The notes: generated from the letters alone by a model not told the origin. A DNA stretch of 64,000 nucleotides from Chiloscyllium plagiosum (GCF_004010195.1 NC_057751.1:12416908-12480907), one strand, 5' to 3'; counted from the stretch's first letter, positions 27,489 to 39,090 are shown. A program made the numbers and translations.

Positions 27489-28319
27489 AGAGCCCTCAAG
27501 AAATCAGCTATTAAATGCAAAGTGCATTGAGCATTTCTTCCTCTCGATCAACTCTACAGTGGTTTTGTCTGAACCTTAAAGGGGCCTACAAACTTACGCT
27601 TGCATTAGCATTTGTAACATAGCAAACTGCCTGTAAGTTCTTAAGAGGAGGGGTTTCCTGGACAGCTCCTCAAAGGTTTCCACCCCCAGTAAAATGGGAG
27701 AGTTAGTGGCATGGAGAGCATTGAGCTGTAACAATAGCTGTCAACTCGAAACAAAATGATGGCTGACTCTCATGTGGTCAAGCAGCATTGTGGTGACCCC
27801 ACATAACAGGGGAAAGTTAAAAGAAAAAGAAATCTGCTATACTTGTGTTTAATTTCCATGTTTTTGTTTCATTTCGCAACTAAGACACTTCAGATTATTC
27901 TGAGTTGGCAAAGTAAACCATGTGCATAGAAGTAGCACAGGGGACTTGATTTGTATTATTACTGATTTTCAATGTGTTAATTGCAAGCATTGGATGCCAT
28001 TTATTTGAGTTAGTCTCCAATGCAGTGCTGGAAACAAAGAAGATGAAATGGAATATCAATTTTATTTTACTCATTGGCAATGCTGCTAATGTCATGAAAT
28101 ATCACTACAAAACCATACTACTGCAGAAAGAAGCCAGTGGTATTTAGTCAGATATCAAATTGGTGCCTCAGGTAATCCCATCCTGAATGTACTAGCAGTG
28201 ATGCAGGACTGTTGTAGTGGGGGAGAGGGAGACTACACAGGATCTATGTCAGTCATGACACAGTGGGAACATTCCAGCTGTATTCAGAATCAGAACATTG
28301 TAATTCAAACGCTGCTCAA

Positions 28320-28590
28320 AAGACTTCAGCTCAAAGGATCTCTGGAACAGTGATGAGGGAATGCTGCATTGTTGACGGTGCCATCCTTGCTATGAGACAT
28401 TACATCAGAGGTCTTCTCTCTCATCTTTGTATAAAAGATCCCATGCTCTAATTTCCAAGGTTAGGTGGACTTTTCCCCACTGTTCTGGTCAATATTTTTC
28501 CTTCAACGGTGCATAATTAACATGTGTAAGCATGCTGCTGTCCTTCCGACATTACACCAGTGACTCCACTTCAAAAGCATTAAACTAAGC
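28320..28590 (+). mobile_element. Decayed Deu-domain SINE (SacSINE1/AmnSINE-like)
   Basis: gagggaatgctgcattgttgacggtgccatc..tgagacatt..taaaagatcccatg..ctggtcaatatttttccttcaac..cattacaccagtgact. Confidence 0.65.
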
Positions 28591-29487
28591 TGTAACTACA
28601 ACCTAATCAAAACTGTAAAGTCAAAGAATAATAGTTAATCCCACAGAATGTTAATCTATTCAACTCCATAGTAAATTGATGAGCTTTAAGTGATGAAGTG
28701 CTAGTGTGTGTTTGATGTTTGAGTGTGAATGAAGAGACAGCTCAAATCATAACATTCTCGTTAAATTAAGTGGCAGGCAAGAATTTTTTCTGCAAATGAG
28801 TTCAGCCTTTATGGGCTAACACTCTCACTGAGTGATTTCAAGGCTTGAATGTCACTTACACTTGCTGAAAATAAATCATAGATGAAGTGTAAGTTTTAGC
28901 TTGTTGCTGATTTGAGGCAGGAGAGTCACAAAAATGAACTTTTCTCTTTGAGAGCAAAATTTAGATGAGAAATGTGACATGTGGAAACTTAGAGCCAAGG
29001 AATTACATCCTTTGTGGAATGAATCGCCTGAGTCTAACATATCTAACTCTATGCCTACACATATGGTACTTAAAAACATTGAATTTTTAAATTGCTTCTG
29101 AAAGGAAAAATAAATTATTTTACAAATTACTACGATAGAGGGCTGTAGCAAAGGTTTTGTGTGTCTTTGGCACTGCCAGTGAGCATAGAGAGTATTCCTG
29201 GATCAGCACAAATTTTTGGAACAAAATTTGTGACCTTCATTATTACTGGCTGACAACATCAAAGCTAAATAGATACAAGTGTTACACAACCATAATCTTG
29301 AAAAGAGAACTGGAAGATTAACTTTTTTTTAAATAAATGAAAGTACTTTTCACATATTATTTTACAATTGAAGTGGCATTAAATCTGCTCCTAGCATGGC
29401 TTAACTGCATATTAATGACTCCATACGTAATTCTGAGTTAGCTCCATTTCTGCAACCACACTCACTGAGGGTTTCACCTCCAAACTA

Positions 29488-30400
29488 TGTTATGATCAGG
29501 ATGGGGGGAATAAACTGATTCCTTTCCTTGTCTCAATCCCTACTGGTCACAACAAATGTAGAACTTTAAAGAAGGTGGAACTGAAAATTATATCTGAGAC
29601 TGTGTTTAGTTCCGGATCAGAATCAAGTCAGCCATATTAATAACGTAACAAATAAATAACTAGTGTATGGCAAACAGAACTTCTTGAAGCACAAGATGTA
29701 AATGTTTTTAGCAACTGTGAAACTGTGCAAAAAGATATAGTAATCCCTCTCACAAGATAACACATGCACACAATCTTGCAGCCTTGGAAAATTGCATAAC
29801 ATTTTGCACAATATGACATTCCTTCAACCAAGTAGAATTAAATTCAGGAGAAAAAGAATCAGATTTTCCCAATCAGTCTGCAGCTGAAATCACTTTGCCC
29901 TCCAGCGTTTGGCACCAGAGTTTTCTTGACAGGCTACAGCTGGTTACATTCTCTATTCCCGGAGAAAGTAATGTTGATTCAAAATCCTCATTTTGGAAAC
30001 CTTCCTTTTGGTGATGAGGTCTTCCAGTGCGTTTTCAGTTCACAAACTTGAGGAGGGTTTCAATGAAATGGAGAGAAAGAGGGCAAAAACTATTGCTCTT
30101 GAAGCAAGTTGCCTTGGACTTTCTGTGTTCCAATCCAATACATTCATTCTATTCACAAGTTGGGTCAGGTGATCCCTCTGGGATGCAGTGTGGATTTAAG
30201 TGGCTGTAGTCATGAAGTTTATGTTCATATATGTGCCACAAGTTGGGTCGGGTGACCCCTCTGGGATGCAGTGTGGACTTAAGTGGCTGTAGTCATGAAG
30301 TTTATGTTCCACATTTTTCTCTGATGCTTTGTCATAGACCCATCTATGTCTCGTCAATGATTTTCTAAATTAATAGTTCATATGTCATAACTTTATAACA
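29488..30400. mobile_element. Solo LTR with perfect 4 bp TSD
   Basis: acta|TGTTATGA...TTATAACA|acta (TSD 29484-29487 and 30401-30404); terminal inverted TGTTAT/ATAACA. Confidence 0.8.
30154..30309 (+). repeat. Tandem duplication, two 73 bp units with 83 bp period
   Basis: cacaagttgggtc..ggatgcagtgtgga..catgaagtttatgttc at 30154-30226 and 30237-30309. Confidence 0.95.
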
Positions 30401-31447
30401 ACTACCATGTTGACCCTGAATGCTGGACAAACCTGTTGAAAATACTCTTTACTGAGTCAGTTCCTAATCACTAATGCAAAATCTTGAATGAAGCTAGTAG
30501 CCAGAAATAAATAAAAAGCATATTCCAGTGATATCTCAAAACAATGGTTTTAAGTAGCAAGATAAGGCAACTGAGACAACATCCTTTTTAATGGTATCTT
30601 TTCATTGATAGAATTCAAGAATTGACAGTAAATTACTTTCTTACTCAGAAAAGGTTGTACTTCTGTTAAATATCATATGAAACCAGAAACTCACTCATCT
30701 TTGACAGAATGATTTTTTTTTTGCCTGTTCAGTGCTGCTTTTCATTCACAGTGAAATATTGTCTTGCTATTTTATTGCAATAATACATCATCTCAACTTG
30801 CTATCTAATGAGCAAGAAGACAGCCTGCAAAGATGAAGGACAGAGGGCCTCGACTTAGTTCTGAGTTTGTGCTATGTAAACTGATGCTGTTGCAAATTGA
30901 TAGCCCTAATGAATTGATTGCATTCATGTATACTGACATACACAATGTTGGTGCTTCTTATCAAGTGAAACTAATTTATCAGTCTTGGGCTTCTGGTCAG
31001 GGGAGACACTTCAGTCATTTTGTCTTGTTCTGTTTGAGTGTCAAATATCTCCCAAATCTTCAAATATCTGGGGAGATTGAACATCACTTCCAAAGAATAG
31101 ATTCATCATTCTGAACTTTTTATTTGTCTGTGGCCAAGAAAGTACACTGATGTTCTTGTTGTTGTTTACATAAATTAATTAGATGCACAAGAACTAATTG
31201 TCATGACATGCTAACTAACTTATCTGGCAATGGCAGCTGATTAAAATAGTTATATTAAGCAGACCGAAAAGACTTGCGCATTTTATCACAAGTTCTTTTC
31301 ATGAGCTGCGCTTAGCTAGGTTTGGTCAAAGAGATTGTGATGATGCTGTCACTTTAAAAAGGTTATTTTGCCTTGGTTTTTTTTAAGAGAGGTTGTAAAA
31401 GGCAGAAGTGGAACTTAGGAGGCCTTTAGATTTTTTTAAAACAGTTA

Positions 31448-32697
31448 TAGAGTCATAGACTCATAGAGATGTGCAGCGTGGAAACAGACCCTTTGGTCCA
31501 ACCCATCCATGCCGATCAGATATCCCAACCCAGTCTAGTCCCACCTGCCAGCACCCAGCCCATATCCCTCCAAACCCTTCCTATTCATATACCCATCCAA
31601 ATGCCTCTTAAAAGTTGCAATTGTACCAGCCTCCACCACTTCCTCTGGCAGCTCATTCCATGCACGTACCACCCTCTGTGTGAAAAGGTTGCCCCTTAAG
31701 TCTCTTTTATGTCTTTCCCCTCTCACCCTAAACCTATGCCCTCTAGTTCTGGACTCCCCAGGGAAAAGACTTTGGCTATTTACCCTATCCATGCTCCTCA
31801 TAATTTTGTAAACCTCTATAAGGTCATACCTCGGCCTCCGACGTTCCAGGGAAAACAGCCCCAGTCTGTTCAGCCTCTCCCTGTAGCTCAAATCCTCCAA
31901 CCCTGGCAACATCCTTGTAAATTTTTTCTGAACCCTTTCACGTTTCACAACATCCTTCTGATAGTAAGGGGACCAGAATTGCATGCAGTATTCCAAAAAT
32001 GGCCAACCAATGTCCTGTACAGCCGCAACATGGCCTCCCAACACCTGTACTCAATACTCTGATGGATAAAGGAAACCATACCAAATGCCTTCTTCACTAT
32101 CCTATCCACCTGCGACTCCACTTTCAAGGAGCTATGAACCTGCACTCCAAGGTCTCTTTGTTCAGCAACACTCCCCAGGACCTTACCATTAAGTGTATAA
32201 GTCCGACTAAGATTTGCTTTCCCAAAATGCAGCACCTCTCATTTATCTGAATTAAACTCCATCTGCCACTTCTCAGCCCATTAGCCCATCTGGTCAAGGT
32301 CCTGTTGTAATCTGAGGTAACCCTCTTTGCTGTCTACTACACCTCCAATTTTGGTGTAATTTGCAAACTTACTAACTGTACCTCTTATGCTCGCATCCAA
32401 ATCATTTATGTAAATGACAAAAAGTAGAGGACCCAGCATCAATCGTTGTGGCACTCCACTGGTCACAGGCCTCCAGTCTGAAAAATAATGCTCCACCACC
32501 ATCCTGTCTTCTACCTTTCAGCCAGTTCTGTATCCAAATGGCTAGTTCTCCCTGTATTCCATGAGATCTAACCTTGCTAATCAGTCTCCCATGGGGAACC
32601 TTGTTGAACGCTTTACTGATGTTCATATAGATCACATCTACCGTTCTGCCCTCATCAATCCTCTTTGTTACTTTCTCAAAAAACTCAATCAAGTTTG
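31448..32697 (-). mobile_element. Young CR1 LINE, 5'-truncated
   Basis: RT and C-terminal ORF pieces (31535..32044, 31945..32235, 32281..32502, 32402..32728); tagagtcataga tail. Confidence 0.95.
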
Positions 32698-32727
32698 ATT
32701 GGAAGGGGAGTAGCCAGTTCTCATACA

Positions 32728-33130
32728 AAACATTACATAGGACAAACAGGAAGACAGCTAACGATCCGTATCCATGAACACCAACTAGTCACGAAACGAC
32801 ACGACCAGCTATCCTTAGTAGCCACACACGTGGATGACAAGCAACATGTGTTCAACTGGGACAACACTACTATTATAGGACAAGCCAAACAGAGAACAGC
32901 CAGGGAATTCCTAGAGGCATGGCACTCATCCACAGATTCTATCAACAAACACATCGACCTGGACCCAATATACCGGCCACTGCAGCGGACAGCTGGAACT
33001 GACAACCTGAAGCAGCAGAGACAAACCACTATAAATGCCGGAGGAAACATCACAGAAGCACTTCACAGGAGGCTACCAAGCACTGAGGATGTCACCTAGA
33101 CAGCGGACGAAACGTCTGCAACACAAATTC
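32728..33130 (+). mobile_element. Penelope-like element 3' fragment: GIY-YIG endonuclease piece plus hammerhead motif
   Basis: KHYIGQTGRQLTIRIHEH...AREFLEAWHS..SINKHIDLDPIY; 14 bp direct repeat ccagttctcataca at 32714-32727 and 33131-33144. Confidence 0.92.
33080..33119 (+). ncRNA. Minimal type I hammerhead ribozyme motif (PLE-associated)
   Basis: gca-CTGAGGA-t-gtc...gac-GAA-ACGT-C-tgc: intact core, 3 bp stem I, stem II closing gtc/gac, palindromic ACGT in place of helix III. Confidence 0.75.
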
Positions 33131-33356
33131 CCAGTTCTCATACAGCAGGTTTTCTAATTTCTTTTAGCTGCAGCAGTCAGAATCTGTTTGGGGTCTCAGA
33201 AGAGCTGGGGCTTCAGTAAATGATTCCCAGCTGTTACTTTCTCAAAAATCTCTCTTGATGTTGTTTCCTTCTGGATTGGATTACTACAGGTAAGAATCTT
33301 TGTCTGAATTTATGTTTTTGCCAAGAGTTTATGGGATGTTACTATATTGGAACAGT

Positions 33357-33999
33357 TGTGATGATGCTGCTTCTTTTGCAGAGTTATGTTGTCCTTGGCT
33401 TTTTTTTTCAAGAGGGCTTATAAAAGGCAGAGATTCTGATTTATCTGGGATAAGGGACTTCACTAAAGGCTAATAGATACTGCCGGCGGCAACAATCAGG
33501 GAAAAGGCTTGTAGGTTTTTTTTAAGCACTTGTACAATCAAAGGAGAGTGACCAGTTCTCCCACTTCAGTGTTTTAGCAAGCAGTTGGTTCAAAGTGACT
33601 GGTCAAATAAAGCTGCTGGGAGAAAAGGTTCACCGATTCAACAAATGTTTTTGGCTGAGTCTCTCTCTAACATCTTTCCTGCAAGAATCTGTGTTTGAAT
33701 TTACCTTTTCTTTCCAAGGGCTATTTATGGGGATGTTGCAGGAAATTGGAACAGCTCCTTTGTTAAGTTGCAGGGATATCGTGTTGGTTGGTAGGTGTTA
33801 TTCTAAATTCTGTTTCCTTTTGCTTGTGTTTCATTCAGTGGTATGTAAATAAGTTCTGTTTTACTTGAAGCCAAGTGGTTTGACCAGCTGCATCACTCCT
33901 GAAATATCCACCTCACATCTCCCTAAAACAACTATAAAAAGTTAGGGTCTGGGCTACCTTCCTGAAATGTTTTGAGGGGGTCTGCCCTGGTCTATAACA
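33357..33999 (+). mobile_element. Solo LTR (inner) with perfect 4 bp TSD
   Basis: cagt|TGTGATGATGCTG...ctggtctataACA|cagt (33353-33356 and 34000-34003). Confidence 0.9.
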
Positions 34000-35551
34000 C
34001 AGTTAATTAGTACAGGAACTGTCTCTATTATTCAGTTGAGTTTTCCAATGGTTGTTATTCTGAACTCCACTGTCTTTTCTTTGTTTTTTAACAATAGTGT
34101 TTAAATAAATTGTGATTTGCTTAACATCGAGTAGTTTGACTGTTGTTTCACATCTGGAACACACACTTCACATCTACCATTAAAATAAGAAAAATTTAGG
34201 GTCCAGGTTATCTTCTTAAAATATTTCAAGGGGGTCTGGTCTGGCCTATCACAAGATCCATTGGCCTTCAAGGCTGGAAGCATTAGGCCATCCTAGGTTC
34301 CTTTAGCTAATGACTTTCCAGCAAACCTTGCATGTGCTGTCAATTCAGAGTTGGTCTCAGGTCTGCTTATAACGGCACAGTTGTCATTGTCCAAAAGTTC
34401 ACTGATACTGGCCCATCTCATGTGAGAATAGCCACTTGAGCTAAGTATTGGATAGTACTAGAGGTTATGTAATAATGTGACAGCAAATACTCTGAGAGAG
34501 GAGTGAACTTAAAGAGCATGAACACATGGAAGTGAGTGGAACACCATTCTTCAACAGCAGTGTAGATAGTGAATTCAGCAGCATAAATCAAATGTTTGCA
34601 TTTTGTTCTGCAATGGTCTTTTTAATCGCTGTTTGTGATAATAAAGTTTGCATTTCAACACAAAAAGGAACAATTTAGTCAAGCAGACTGCAATTACTAT
34701 CAGTTATCATTTCCCATGCTCCATAACCACTTCTAAATAGCCAGCTCAATGTCCCAAATTTCCTTCAGCAACCCAAGCAGCCCTACTCCTTACTTTAAAA
34801 AGATGAACATTTACTATTTCTGTAAATATGAACTGACAGTGGATGTATAGGGGAACCAGTGGATGTGGTGTATTACAGAAGGCTTACAATACGGTCCCAT
34901 ACAAGAGGTTAGTAAAACAAATTAGGCCACATTAGATAGGAATAATGTACTGGCATGGATTGAAGATAGGCTCACAGAATGAAAACAGATTTGGGATGAA
35001 CATGCCATTCTCAGGTTGGCAGACTGTAAGCAGTGGGTGCCACAGAGCTTGGATCCCAGCTATTCACAATCTATATCAATGACTTTGATGCATCAATTAA
35101 CAGTAATATTTACAAGTTTGCAGATGACATAAACTGGGAGAGGATACATGTGAAAATAATGCAAAGAAATTCAAGGGAATTAAAAGGGCAAAAATGAGGC
35201 AGATGAAATATATTATGGATTAGTGGTGGGGTGCAAAATATTTCTTAAACACCAAGAGATTGGACAAACTTGACATGTTATGAATTGAGGAGGTGATGAG
35301 ACAGGTTGACGAAGGTCAAGCAGTGTATGTGGTGTACATGGACTTCAGCAAGGCATTTGATAGGGTTCCCCATGGTGGGCTCATTCATAAAGTGAGGAGG
35401 TATGGGATACTGGAAGATTTAGCTATCTGGGTTCAGAATTGCTTGGCTGACAGAAGGCAGAGAGTGGTTGTTGATGGAAAGTATTCTGCCTGGATGGCAG
35501 TGGTGAATGGTATCCCGCAGGGCTCTGTTCTTGGGCCCCTGCTCTTTGTAG

Positions 35552-35949
35552 AGTCATAGAGGTGTACAGCATGGAAACAGACCCTTCGGTCCAACCCGTC
35601 CATGCCGACCAGATATCCCAACCCAATCTAGTCCCACCTGCCAGCACCCAGCCCATATCCCTCCAAACCCTTCTTATTCATATACCCATCCAAATGCCTC
35701 TTAAATGTTGCAATTGTACCAGCCTCCACCACATCCTCTGGCAGCTCATTCCATACACAAGCCACCCTCTGCGTGAAAAAGTTGCCCTTTAGGTCGTTTT
35801 TATATCTTTCCCCTCTCACCCTAAATCTGTGCCCTCTAGTTCTGGACTTGCCGACCCCAGATAAAAGACTTTGTCTATTTATCCTATCCATGCCACTCAT
35901 AGTTTTGTAAACCTCTATAACATCACCCCTCAGCCTGCGACGCTCCAGG
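35552..35949 (-). mobile_element. Young CR1 3' end nested in CR1
   Basis: SRTRGHRFRVRGERYK..GYGLGAGRWD; short gtag duplication at the junctions. Confidence 0.92.
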
Positions 35950-36814
35950 GTAGTTTTTATAAATGACTTGGATGAGGCGGTTGAGGAGTGGGCTAGTCAA
36001 TTTGCCAGTATCGAGGGGTATTGCAGGCTACAGCACAACATTGACAATATACAGAGCTGGGCTGAGAAATGGCAGATGGAGTTCAACCTGGATAAATGTG
36101 ATGTGATGTGATGCATTTTGGAAGGTCGAACTTAAATACTGAATATAGGATTAAAAACAGGGTTCTTGGCCGTGTGGAGGAACAGAGGGATCTTGATGTT
36201 CAAGTGCATATGTCCCTCAAAGTTGCCACCCAAGTGGATTAGGTTGTTAAGAAAGCATATGGTGTTTTGGTTTTCATTAACAGGGCGATTGAGTTTAAGA
36301 GCTCTGAGGTTTTGCTTCAGGTCTACAAAACCCTAGTGGGACCACATGTGGAATATCATGTCCAGTTCTGGTCACCCTATTATCGGAAAGATGTGGAGGC
36401 TTTGGAAAGGGTGAAAAGGAGGTTTACCAGGATGCTGCCTGGACTCGAGTGCTTATCTTACGAGGAGAGGTTGACTGAGCTCAGTCTTTTCTGGAGAGAA
36501 GAAGGAAGAGAGGTGACCTGATCAAGGTGTACAAGGTAATGAGAGGCATGGATAGAGCCGATAGCCAGAGACTTTTCCTCAGGACAGGATTGACTGCCAC
36601 GAGGGGTCATAAGGTGTTAGGAGGAAGATATAGAGGAGACATCAAAGGTAGGTTTTTTAAGCAGAGAGTTGTGAGCGCATGGAATGCGTTGCTAACTGTA
36701 GTGGTGGAAACAGAGTCATTAGGGACATTTAAGCGACTGCTGGACACGCACAAGGACAACAATGAATTGAGGGGAGCATAGGTTAGGTTATTTTATTTTA
36801 GGTTAGGATTAATG

Positions 36815-37133
36815 ATTAGATTAGATTAGATTCCCTACAGTGTGGAACAGGCCCTTTGGCCCAACCAGTCCACACCGACCCTCCAAGAGTAACCCACCCA
36901 GACCCATTTCCCTCTGACTAATGCACCCAACACTATAGGCAATTTAGCATGTCCAATTCACCTGGCCTGCACATCTTTGGACTGTGGGAGGAAACTGGAG
37001 CACCTGGAGGAAACCCACGCAGACATGGGGAGAATGTGCAAACTCTACACAGACAGTCACCCGAGGCTGAAATCGAACCTGGGACCCTGGTGTTGTGAGG
37101 CAGCAGTGCTAACCACTGAGCCACCGTGCCACC
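36815..37133 (-). mobile_element. Full-length HE1-like SINE nested in CR1 3' UTR
   Basis: (attag)n tail, core, head accactgagccaccgtgccacc. Confidence 0.92.
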
Positions 37134-37416
37134 CCTTTAATCTTCGGGACAACATTATGGGCCGAAGGGCCTATACTGTGCTGTACTTTTATATGTTCTA
37201 TGAATTAAGTTCAAAGGACTTAGGTGTTTTTGTTCATAAGATACTGAAAGCTCACATGCAAGTGTAGCAAGCAATTAGAAAAGCAAATTATCTGCATGTC
37301 TTTATTAAAAGAAGATTTCAGAGAAGGGGTAAAGGTACCGTTTAAAAATACCTTTTTAAACTGGTGTCCAGAAACAGGGTGAGTTGCATCAGTAATTGGT
37401 TGCTTACTTTACTTTG

Positions 37417-37508
37417 AAGGCCTGAAGAAGAGTTACACCTGAACCATTGACGTCTCCACCTTCTGATGCTGCCTGGCTTGCTGTGTTCTTCCAGCTCCTG
37501 CTTGTCTA
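37417..37508 (+). mobile_element. Short PLE terminal fragment with decayed hammerhead motif
   Basis: cCTGAAGAagagttacacctGAAccattga..ctgatgctgcctggcttgctgtgttcttccagc; actttg on both sides. Confidence 0.65.
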
Positions 37509-37519
37509 ACTTTGTTTAC

Positions 37520-37591
37520 TTAACAAATACTTTTCACTGTATCTTGGTACATGTGACAATTAATAAATCAAACCAAATCAAATTAAATCAA
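37520..37591 (+). mobile_element. LINE 3' tail with (aaatc)n, Rex1/RTE-like
   Basis: tacttttcactgtatcttggtacatgtgacaat..aaatcaaaccaaatcaaattaaatcaa. Confidence 0.5.
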
Positions 37592-38877
37592 TAGGTGGAG
37601 TTGGTTCAGTCATGCCAATCAAAACGCTTCTATTTTCTGGAAATGTGTTTAAAAGATCAATAATAAACTCTCATTTTGTGCAAATGGCATGAGGAGAATT
37701 TACCAAAATTTACACATTACTTCCTGTCCAAAGTCTATATCATGATTTCCTCACATTTAATGGAGAGCATTCAGATAAATTGGTTAGCTCCAGACAACAT
37801 AATTACTGCAACAGAACCGTGCAAGTTTCAACCAATCAAATATTATCCTTGTATAAAGAATACTGTCTCACTGTACAGAAAATAAAAGCAACATGACACA
37901 TTGCCAAAGTATCTCTGCCTTTGTCATTTTGATAGCAACTAAAACAAAGATCATGTTTCCTACCAATGAGACAAGTTACAGCCAGAACTGATTGCCCTGT
38001 TGTAAAACAAAACAGGCCTCCAACAAATCTCGGCCTGCATTAATTAATCAGTTCCATATTGACAGCACTGAATGGGTTGTGATATTGTATGGAATGAGTT
38101 GAAGCCATCTTGATCTTATGACTATAGCAAAGCAAGTTATTGAAAACAAGGCAGCATGCAACTGTTCAGATACAATCTTGCTTTGAGAACCAGTGCTGAG
38201 CAATGCCATTCACAAGTGAGTGTGTGTCCACGCACGCGTGTGCGGGAACTCCTAACATTAATCAGAAGGTGCAGCAACACATCCCAATCTCCCAAGTGTC
38301 TCAATTCCAGGTGACAATTCCCAAACTCTTAAGCCCTGCCCCCAACTGCACCCCACAGTTCATTAGATCCTGAGTAAATTTTACCCTGCAGCAAATAAAC
38401 CAAGAAAGACAATGAGAAAGAATGTTGAAGTTTCAGAGTTTGCTTTGTGAACTCAGCAGTATTCTTTTGAACTGGATGACACAATGCTAATGTCATTATC
38501 CTTGCTTTTTTGATTGGTAAAATTCCTGGAAAAGGCTGCCTCCTCTTCCATCAACTTCCAAGGCATATTTGCTTTGGAGCAGTTTTACGGAAATATTGCA
38601 CAAATGTGGGCATTTCCGAGAGCAACATAGTTTCCTTCATTTGTACTGAACTACATTTCTGCTCTCATTGTTTCCACCCACTTTTAGATGTGTGAGTTTG
38701 TCCTTTTCAAAAAGCAGAATATGAATCGGGTTTCTGTTTCTAGTTGGAAGGGAAAATCAGCTAAATTGCTTTCAAGTGGGCAAAATACTGATTTTGCAGT
38801 AGATGTTGTATGAAGAACTATGAGCCTTAGCTTCTGAAGACAGTCTCATTTTCAAAAACAAATATTCACTTTTCTTT

Positions 38878-39090
38878 AAAAGCAAAGTACTGCAGATGCT
38901 AGAAACCTGAAACAAATGACCGTTGCGCTGAAGAAACTTAGCAAGTCTGATAGCATTTGGGGAAAGAGGAACAAAGTTAATGTTTTGAACATTCTGAAGA
39001 AGTCAAGCCAGGTTCAAAATGTTAACTCTACTTCTCTTCACAGATACTCCCAAACCTGCCCACTGTTGCCAGTGTACTCTGCGTTTTCTT
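38878..39090. mobile_element. Decayed palindromic PLE terminal element
   Basis: aagcaaagtactgcagatgctag..aaagttaatgttttgaac-attCTGAAGAagtc..ggttcaaaatgttaact: inverted arms around a decayed hammerhead-like centre. Confidence 0.6.

Larger units (their letters stand above)
31336..34253 (+). mobile_element. Solo LTR (outer), carrying three nested insertions
   Basis: agat|TGTGATGATGCTG...ggggtctggtctggcctatcACA|agat; TSD AGAT at 31332-31335 and 34254-34257. Confidence 0.88.
35283..37202 (+). mobile_element. CR1 LINE (same family as 9580-10855) with nested CR1 and SINE
   Basis: MDFSKAFDRVPH..GIPQGSVLGPLLFV; QFWSPYYRKDVEALERVKRRFTRMLPG; tail atatgttctatg. Confidence 0.92.
34830..37340 (+). mobile_element. 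Old CR1 RT fragment, split by a younger CR1 (resumes about 37205)
   Basis: gtggatgtggtgtat..ctatatcaatgac..aagtttgcagatgac; continues ggacttaggtgtttttgttcat..gcaattagaaaagcaaat. Confidence 0.7.
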
